Source of the DNA: an uncultured Oscillospiraceae bacterium
Lineage (GTDB): Bacteria > Bacillota > Clostridia > Oscillospirales > Acutalibacteraceae
DNA: 63,610 nt
Direction: 5' to 3'
Assembly (NCBI GenBank): GCA_900543525.1
Contig: UQRS01000001.1
Coordinates: 1-63,610 of the forward strand
Below the pieces are notes generated by a model. The model saw only the letters and a list, made by a program, of their open reading frames with translations, was not told the DNA's origin and did not search any database. Made by a program: the position numbers and the translations under genes. Of this stretch, positions 50,101 through 57,187 are shown piece after piece (position 1 is the stretch's first letter; every line of letters begins with the position of its first letter).

Positions 50101-50129
50101 ATTATAGCAACGCTTTCCTACTTTGTCAA
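50101..50129 (-). promoter_or_regulatory. Consensus sigma-A promoter of the metQNI leader
   Basis: Minus strand TTGACA (50124-50129) - 17 nt - TATAAT (50101-50106). Confidence 0.7.
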
Positions 50130-50201
50130 TAGGAAAATAGAAATTTTTTCAAAAATTTTTCTCTGCCCCCAAAATGGGGAAAATGCGGGAGGTTTTGGCC
50201 G

Positions 50202-51629
50202 TCAGGGCAGCAGCTTGTTCATGAAGTGGGTGATGGCCTGCCGCTGCAGCCGTTCGAGCGCCGGGAACGCCTCCGGCGAGGAGAGGTGGTTGCGGAATTC
50301 TCCCGGATCGGCCTTCAGATCCAGCAGCTCGTAATATTCCTCCTGCGGCTTGTGGATGTGTACATACTTGTACCGGCCGTCGCCGACGGCGAGATAGCCC
50401 TCTCCCTCGGCAAAAACATACGGATGTCCGCCCTGCCGGATCAGCTCCTGCAAATCGCAGCCGTCGGTGTGAATGCCCTCGATCCCTGCGGCCTTCATAC
50501 AGGTGGCGAACAGGTCGGTGAGCTGCACCAGCACATCCTCCGTGCCGAGATCCTGCCCGTTCGGCATGCGAACCAGCAGCGGAATATGCCAGACATCCTC
50601 GTACGCGCAGTTGTGCTTTCCCCAAAGGGTGTGGTTGCCCAGCATCTCGCCGTGATCGGCCGTGAAGATGACCAGCAGATCCTCTCCCCACTTCTCCTTT
50701 GCGGCCGAGAGGACGCTGCCCACAACATCGTCGATCAAAGCGACGTTGGCGTAGTAGCTGCGGCGCAGCCGGGTCCAGTATTCCTCGGAGTAATTTTTGC
50801 AGCCGTGATCGGGCGCCGGGCCGCAGCCGTCAATGTTGCCGCCGCCGTGATAGCTTTTGTAATGAATGCGATCCGGGTCGGAGAATTCCTCCGCACAGCC
50901 GGTGCGCCCCTTTTTCTCCAGTGCGTCCATATCGACCCGGTCGTAGTAGGCCTCCGGCGCGTCGAAGGGATAGTGCGGGCCGGAGAAGGAGAGCCAGAGC
51001 ATGGCCGGCGCGTCGCTGTCATAGCTTTGGATATACTCGGTCATTTTGCGCCCGCTCCAGATGTCCGGGTACCACTTCTCCTCCAGCGGGAAGGGATAAA
51101 CCTTTCCGTTCGAGCGATCCCACCGCGTCTGCCGGTAGGTGGGGAGAAGTCCGGCCGCGTCCAGCTCCTTGGCATAGTCGTCCATGAACCAGGCCGAAAC
51201 CTCCTTCCCGTCCTGCAGGAAAAGGTCGTCAATCCCGAGCGAAAGATAATACGACCGGAAATCGTCATAGAACTGCGTCTCCTCCGGCCGGGTCTGGCCG
51301 TAGGGGACGGGCGCAAAGTGGCATTTGCCGGAGAGGGCGGTGTGGTAACCGTTCTCCCGCAGGGTGTTAAAGAGGTTGGGAATGCCGCCGGAAAGCTCCT
51401 TCTTCCGGAAGTTGCTGTACGCGCCGCTGCCCGAGGGGAAGAGCCCGGTCAGGATGCTGCATCTGGAGGGGAGGCACCAGGGGCTTGCACAATACGCCCG
51501 GTCGAAGCGGGTGCCGCTGTCGGCCAGCGCGTCGAGGTGCGGCGTGCGGATGACCTCTCCGCCGTAGCAGCCGAGCACATCCCGGCGCAGCTCGTCGGCG
51601 GTGATAAGCAGAATGGTGGGTTTTCGCAT
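50202..51629 (-). CDS. Sulfatase (Cys-type formylglycine motif), no signal peptide
   Basis: MRKPTILLITADELRRD..., CLPSRCSILTG (C-x-P-x-R), GKCHF. Start set at ATG 51629. Confidence 0.9.
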   Translation of the reverse strand: MRKPTILLITADELRRDVLGCYGGEVIRTPHLDALADSGTRFDRAYCASPWCLPSRCSILTGLFPSGSGAYSNFRKKELSGGIPNLFNTLRENGYHTALSGKCHFAPVPYGQTRPEETQFYDDFRSYYLSLGIDDLFLQDGKEVSAWFMDDYAKELDAAGLLPTYRQTRWDRSNGKVYPFPLEEKWYPDIWSGRKMTEYIQSYDSDAPAMLWLSFSGPHYPFDAPEAYYDRVDMDALEKKGRTGCAEEFSDPDRIHYKSYHGGGNIDGCGPAPDHGCKNYSEEYWTRLRRSYYANVALIDDVVGSVLSAAKEKWGEDLLVIFTADHGEMLGNHTLWGKHNCAYEDVWHIPLLVRMPNGQDLGTEDVLVQLTDLFATCMKAAGIEGIHTDGCDLQELIRQGGHPYVFAEGEGYLAVGDGRYKYVHIHKPQEEYYELLDLKADPGEFRNHLSSPEAFPALERLQRQAITHFMNKLLP

Positions 51630-51946
51630 GATCCGATCACTCTTTTTTTGAATGGCATGCTGCCAGATGAAAAAGTGCAAATTTAAAGCTGTTTCAAACC
51701 CAGTATAAAGGAAATTGCCCGGCCGTACAAGTGGATTTTCTCCGCCGCTTTTTGTGCATTTTTAAGGGAGGCCTTTCAAACTCGGGAGTTTTGCACAAGA
51801 ATAGAGGCAGTGCTTTTTATAAAACGCACAAAAAATGCGGTTTTGGTGGACAAAAAACGGCCTTTTCATAACAAAAACCTATGGATTTGATTGAAAATTG
51901 GTATTTTACTCACCTGTAGCCAGCTTCTATAATGAACGTAAGATAT

Positions 51947-51990
51947 CATCGGTTGGCAAGGGCAGGCGTGTTTGCCCTTGTTAACCGATG
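51947..51990 (+). promoter_or_regulatory. 18-bp-arm hairpin/palindrome at the 5' end of the GH gene leader
   Basis: CATCGGTTGGCAAGGGCA - 8 nt - TGCCCTTGTTAACCGATG. Starts about 14 nt after a TATAAT at 51928-51933. The two non-Watson-Crick positions are G-U on the plus-strand RNA. Confidence 0.5.
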
Positions 51991-52089
51991 GTAAGGCGCG
52001 CGGGAGGGCAGACGGACTCTCCCGCCGCGTTTGGCACGCCAAAAAATCGGACGATCGGACAGATCGCATGATCAGAGAGGAAGAGGAGT

Positions 52090-55000
52090 ATGCATCAAAC
52101 GAACAGGCTGAAAAAGGGACTGGCGCTGCTGCTGACTGCCGCGCTGCTGCTTACCGGACTGCCGGCCGTGACCGGCGCCGCCGAGCCGGCTTCGCCCCTC
52201 CCGATTATTGATGTGGACGCATATACCGCCCGGGCAGAAATCAGCCCCTATACCCTCGGCTCAAATCATCGCCATGCTTACGGCGGCTTTGGCATGTATG
52301 ATGAGGAGATGGATGAGGTCTATCCCGAATTTCTGCAAATGACCAAGGAGGCCGGACTGGGCGTTGTCCGCTATCCCGGCGGAACCATCGCCAACCTCTT
52401 CACCTGGAAGGATACCATCGGCCCGAGGGAAGAGCGCAGGAATGTCGTGCTGGGCAACAGCTACGCCTCGGTTTTCCCTTACTACGGCCTGGATGAGCAC
52501 ATGGCCTATACGGAGGAGATCGGCGCCGAGGTCATCTATATGGTGGGGGAGGCGGCCGAAACGCCGCAGGGCGCCGCCGACCTTGTCGAATACCTGAATG
52601 CCGAAAACGACGGCTCCAACCCCGGGGGCGGGGTCGACTGGGCGGCCGTCCGGGCGAAGAACGGCCACCCCGAGCCGTATGACGTCCCGTATTTTGAAAT
52701 CGGAAACGAGATGTACATCGACAACCAGCAGTACTGGCTGGATCTGCCGTCGGTGTCCGGAAACACCGACCGCGCCAGCCGCTATATGCGGGGAGATACG
52801 GTTGCAGCCACCGATGCGCCGGCGCGCGTTTACGGAACCTGGACCGACAATACCTCTACGGGAGAGGCCGGCCAGTCCTTCTACACCCAGTACAATCCGG
52901 TGGTAGAGGGGACAGAGGCCGTCTATGTCGGCGGGGAGAAATGGACCCGGGTCGACAGCCTCGAAGCCTCCGGCGGCGCGGAGCGGGTTTATACCTTCGA
53001 CTATACGACCGGCGGGATTACCTTTGGCGATGGTGCGCACGGCCGCATTCCGGAAACGGGCGCCAAAATCACGGTGGACTATCACCATCGGCATGCCGGC
53101 TTTACCGAATACTATGACGCCATGAAGGCGATTGACCCGGATATTCAGATTTTCGCTACCCTCCCATATGCCTTCAATTTTGTGGAGGGGACAAAGTGCG
53201 ACGGCATCGTGTACCATGACTATACCGGTTATCCTGCTACGGTGGCCGACGCGGATGAGCTGCACGATCATTACATGACCATCTCGGACAATCTGGTGCA
53301 GATGATCGACAACAATGTCAGCCAGCTGCGCGAGCGCTCCAAACGGCAGGATACTGTGGCCGCCGTGACCGAGTTCGGCACCATCAACAATCCGCATATT
53401 TACTCCGAGGATCCCTCCAACGAGGGGCGGGAGGAGGCTCGGTCGCTCAGCCGTGCGCTCTCCTTCGCGGTGACCTTCATGGGCTCCTCCAGAGCGGAGT
53501 CGCTGATTCATATCCAGCAGGCCTTTACAGCCTACAGCTTTGGGGGAGGCCCGGGTCTCCCCAATGCCGACTATGTTTATAACAGCATGTACGCCCCCTA
53601 TCCCGACGACCCCACCCGTTTTATTGAGGGGGGTACTGCTCTGGCTTACAAGGTGATCGGCAATAATATCGGAGATACGGTGCGCAACACCTATGTGCAG
53701 AACAATCCGATCGTCGGGGAGGCGACCCAGTATGAGGCGCTGCGCGTCATGGCGAGTCAGACCGACGAGAATGGAGACCTCTACCTTCTGGTGGTCAACC
53801 GCGATGATGAACAGGACATCACGGCCGGCCTGAATCTGAAAGGCTACACCATCTCGGGCAATGCGCGGATTCAGACCCTCAATGCCCCGGACATTGCCTC
53901 CACCAACACGCCGGATCACCCGGATGAGATCGCGATTACAGAAGCTGAGGTGCCGCTCGGCATAGGGCAGAGCAGCTTCTCCTACACCTTCCCGGCACAT
54001 TCCCTGGTGGCGATCCGGCTGACCGGCCGCTCGGCCGCCCCCTATACCGACAGCCTCCCGCTTCAGACCTTCGACGAAGTGGAGGAGGGTGCCCTGCCCG
54101 ACGGGATGACCGCAGCCGGCACGGCCTCGGTCGCGGCGGTCGACGGCGGAGAAAACAAAGCGCTGCTTTTGGAGCGGGGGAATGCCAACACGACGGTCAC
54201 CGCCCCTCTGACGGCCGATTCGACCGGCTGCGACGGCATACTCAGGCTTTCCTTCGACCTGCGGGCCGAGCAGTCGAGCGCCGCCCGCCTGCAGATGTCG
54301 CTCATGTCGGGGGAGAAGGAGGCGCTTCTCCTCGCCTTTGAGGGCGGCTTTGTCAAAAACGACGGCAAAATCCGCGCCGTTTATACGCCCGGACAGTTCC
54401 ATCATATTGAAATTTCCGCCGACTGCAGGGCGGGGCAGTACACAGTCTATTTCGACGGGAGCTATATGGGCACGCTGGGGAAATACAGCACCGGCGCGGC
54501 CGCGACTCTGGACGCGATCCGGTTTGAAGCCATGACAAGGGCAGGCAGCTTTTATGTGGATAATTATAAGGTAGAGGCGATGTCGGCCGAGCTGGTCAGT
54601 GCCGTAACGCAGGCTGACGACCTGTTTGTTTCGACCACGGTGGGCAAAGCGCCGGTTCTGCCGGAGACGGTCACGGTTCGCTGCAACACCGGCGAAGTCC
54701 AGACCCGCGCCGTCACCTGGGACGCGGTCGAGGCGGAGGCCTATTCTGCTGTCGGGCAGTTTGCGGTCGCCGGAAGCATAGAAGGCCTCACGGTTCGGGC
54801 GCGGGCGCTGGTGATCGTCAGCAAGGCGGTGGAGAAAATCGAAATTCCCGCGCTCTCCGCACTGGCGGGCGTCGCCCCAAGGCTGCCCAAAACCCTGACC
54901 GTGCTTTATACCGACGGCAGCACCGCGGCCGAGGCGGTAACCTGGGAGCCGGTGGATAAATCGCAGTACGCCGCTGCCGGCAGCTTTACGGTAAAAGGGA

Positions 55001-56487
55001 ATCTTCCCGCCCTCGGCCGGACGGTGGAGGCGGCTGTTTCGGTTATCGCGCGTGCCAATGCCCCGCTGGTCGTGGTGGACGGCTACACCTCCCGCAGTGA
55101 GAGCGGCCCGGTCGCGGGCAGCAGTTCGCTGGATGTGTTTATCGAGAATAACCCGCCGCTTTCCGGCGGGACAGACCGCCTTCTTCAGGCGGCCGCCGCA
55201 GCCGACGCCGCGGGGAACCTTTACCTTTATCTGATCAACCGCAGCAAAGCGGAGGCCGCGACAGCCTCCGTCCTGCTGAAGGGGTATACCATTACGGGCA
55301 GGACGGCTGTCCGCATCGCGGCTTATGACGAAAGCACCGCGCTGGAGCCGTGGACGGACGACGGCGAGGACGCTTCCACAGCCGCGCTCGGCGTCGGCGG
55401 CAGCAGCTTCTCCTGCACGGTGCCGGCCGGATCGGTCGCGACCCTCAAAATCCGGGGCGAAAGGGGCGAAAATACCCCCTGGAGCGATAATTTCTGGGTG
55501 CGGCATTTCGGCGCGGCCGCAGTCGGCGCAGTGCCCTCCTATTTTTCCAAAGAGAGCGGCACCGCCAGCGTGCAGAAGGAGCCGGGCAATCCCGCTGAGC
55601 AGGTTTTCATGCTGAAGCGGGAGGGGGAGGACACCCGTGTAAAATCGACCCTGTCGGGCGCGGATTTCCCCGCCGCCTCTCCCAAAAATTACGACGGCCT
55701 TGTAAAAATCTCCTTCCGGCTGAAGGCTATGCAAACCTCCGGCTGCTTCCGGGCGGCGCTCATGGCGGGAGAGCGCCGGGCGGTGGAGCTTTGCTTCTCC
55801 GACGGGGCGATCCGCTGCGGTGACAGGGAGGTCGGCCGCTACCGTGCCGAGACCTGGTACAGCATCGAGCTTGTGCTGGATCACCGGGCGGGGAGCTGCA
55901 GCCTCTACAGCGACGGGGTCTGCCTTGTGAGTCAGGCCGCCTATGCAGACGTTTCTGCACCGCTGGATTTTGTGTATTTTTTGGCGGAGGAGAAGGACAG
56001 CACCTTCTACCTCGACGACTATCAGGTCAGGACGGCTGGCACCAATCTTGCGGCGCAGCTGACCCAGATTGAGAAGATCCGCCTGACGGTGCCGGTCGGA
56101 ATGGTGCCGGAGCTGCCGACGGCCGTTACGGCCGGCTACAATACCGGGGAGAGGCTCTCCCTCTCCGTCGTGTGGGAGGCTGTGGATCCCGCCGCCTGCG
56201 CCGCGCCCGGCAGCTTTACGCTGCTCGGCAAGGTGGCGGAAACCGACCTCCCGGCAGAGGCGGAGATCACGGTTTACGATCCGGCTGTTCTGCCGGGCGT
56301 CTTGCCGGGCGATCTGGACGACGATGGAAAGGTGACCGTCTCGGACGTGGTGCGGCTGCGGCAGCTGATTGTGAGCGGCGCGTACAGCGACCGCGAGTTT
56401 GCCGCCGGAAACCTGGACAGCTCCGACAATCTGCTGACCGTCTCTGACGTGGTTGAGCTGCGCAAACGGATTGTGCGGGGGGCTTGA
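52090..56487 (+). CDS. Secreted multidomain glycoside hydrolase (GH51-like arabinofuranosidase-type catalytic domain, LamG-like and Big_4 modules, C-terminal dockerin)
   Basis: Signal peptide; YPGGTIANLFTWKDTIGP and YFEIGNEMY (GH-A clan acid/base region); three Big_4-like repeats (..AVTWDAV.., ..AVTWEPV.., ..VVWEAV..). C-terminal GDLDDDGKVTVSDVVRLRQ...GNLDSSDNLLTVSDVVELRK is a dockerin. Confidence 0.88.
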   Translation: MHQTNRLKKGLALLLTAALLLTGLPAVTGAAEPASPLPIIDVDAYTARAEISPYTLGSNHRHAYGGFGMYDEEMDEVYPEFLQMTKEAGLGVVRYPGGTIANLFTWKDTIGPREERRNVVLGNSYASVFPYYGLDEHMAYTEEIGAEVIYMVGEAAETPQGAADLVEYLNAENDGSNPGGGVDWAAVRAKNGHPEPYDVPYFEIGNEMYIDNQQYWLDLPSVSGNTDRASRYMRGDTVAATDAPARVYGTWTDNTSTGEAGQSFYTQYNPVVEGTEAVYVGGEKWTRVDSLEASGGAERVYTFDYTTGGITFGDGAHGRIPETGAKITVDYHHRHAGFTEYYDAMKAIDPDIQIFATLPYAFNFVEGTKCDGIVYHDYTGYPATVADADELHDHYMTISDNLVQMIDNNVSQLRERSKRQDTVAAVTEFGTINNPHIYSEDPSNEGREEARSLSRALSFAVTFMGSSRAESLIHIQQAFTAYSFGGGPGLPNADYVYNSMYAPYPDDPTRFIEGGTALAYKVIGNNIGDTVRNTYVQNNPIVGEATQYEALRVMASQTDENGDLYLLVVNRDDEQDITAGLNLKGYTISGNARIQTLNAPDIASTNTPDHPDEIAITEAEVPLGIGQSSFSYTFPAHSLVAIRLTGRSAAPYTDSLPLQTFDEVEEGALPDGMTAAGTASVAAVDGGENKALLLERGNANTTVTAPLTADSTGCDGILRLSFDLRAEQSSAARLQMSLMSGEKEALLLAFEGGFVKNDGKIRAVYTPGQFHHIEISADCRAGQYTVYFDGSYMGTLGKYSTGAAATLDAIRFEAMTRAGSFYVDNYKVEAMSAELVSAVTQADDLFVSTTVGKAPVLPETVTVRCNTGEVQTRAVTWDAVEAEAYSAVGQFAVAGSIEGLTVRARALVIVSKAVEKIEIPALSALAGVAPRLPKTLTVLYTDGSTAAEAVTWEPVDKSQYAAAGSFTVKGNLPALGRTVEAAVSVIARANAPLVVVDGYTSRSESGPVAGSSSLDVFIENNPPLSGGTDRLLQAAAAADAAGNLYLYLINRSKAEAATASVLLKGYTITGRTAVRIAAYDESTALEPWTDDGEDASTAALGVGGSSFSCTVPAGSVATLKIRGERGENTPWSDNFWVRHFGAAAVGAVPSYFSKESGTASVQKEPGNPAEQVFMLKREGEDTRVKSTLSGADFPAASPKNYDGLVKISFRLKAMQTSGCFRAALMAGERRAVELCFSDGAIRCGDREVGRYRAETWYSIELVLDHRAGSCSLYSDGVCLVSQAAYADVSAPLDFVYFLAEEKDSTFYLDDYQVRTAGTNLAAQLTQIEKIRLTVPVGMVPELPTAVTAGYNTGERLSLSVVWEAVDPAACAAPGSFTLLGKVAETDLPAEAEITVYDPAVLPGVLPGDLDDDGKVTVSDVVRLRQLIVSGAYSDREFAAGNLDSSDNLLTVSDVVELRKRIVRGA

Positions 56488-56658
56488 CGCCTCCGCTTAA
56501 AAGAGGGTATGACCCGGCGCGCCGCCTTTTTCAAAATGCAGCTGCCCCTTTTTGCGTGAGCGAACCCAAGGCCTTTTGAAAAAGGCATAATACCGCCGCA
56601 CAAAGCGGCGCGCAGCTCCATGCACAAATGGGGAATCTTAAAAAAGCATAAATCAAAA

Positions 56659-56705
56659 AGCAAAAATCCTGCCGATTTCAAAGCGACAGGATTTTTGCTT
56701 TTTTA
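56659..56705 (+). terminator. Intrinsic terminator after the GH gene
   Basis: AGCAAAAATCCTG ... CAGGATTTTTGCTTTTTT. Confidence 0.85.
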
Positions 56706-56927
56706 AAAAGAAGGGCTTTCTCTCCACCGCCCTTTGTCCCATCCGCCAATTCCGTCGATTCCGCCGGCCGTTTTCCCTTGATATATGCGCCCTGAAAGAA
56801 AAATGTCATGCTTTTTCTGCACCGTATCATAGGATGAACTGTATACTCCTCCCATGATTTTTTGGGCAAGCTCAACATGTCTTGTGGTCATAATCCTAAC
56901 ACTTTCCTCAAATCTCCCCCGAAACGG

Positions 56928-56956
56928 TTGACCGTTCCCCGATGTTCCTGTATAAT
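56928..56956 (+). promoter_or_regulatory. Sigma-A promoter of the dockerin phosphoesterase gene
   Basis: TTGACC - 17 nt - TATAAT, leaving a 5' leader of about 225 nt. Confidence 0.65.
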
Positions 56957-57187
56957 TACAATAAAAAGCGAGGTTCGATACAGAGTTTTTTGTAGAAAAT
57001 ATTGCACAGCTCCTCTGCCCTGTGCTTTCACGGGAAGGCACTCGCAGCATTATTTTGGATAGGCGATCCCAAGCGGAGCATCGCCGATATGCCGGATAAA
57101 ACCTGCGGCGCGTCAGCGAGGTATGGATTTCCTCCCGCGTTTTGTCCGCATACAAAATATGATTTTACTGTAAAGGAAGGATCAGCA

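Noticed and set aside
52261-55884. 1207-aa ORF antisense to the GH gene. Similar long antisense or overlapping ORFs: 9361..11109, 7585..8544, 20899..22734, 24674..25978, 26081..27106, 32114..33640, 38870..40852, 41000..43024, 44616..46406, 50226..51686, 57182..58870, 59207..60142, 60247..61518, 16845..18080, 18777..19760.
   Set aside because: Each lies opposite or out of frame to a gene with unmistakable family motifs. Their translations are Arg/Gly/Pro/Ala-rich low-complexity strings typical of stop-codon-poor antisense frames in high-GC DNA, and none has an RBS.
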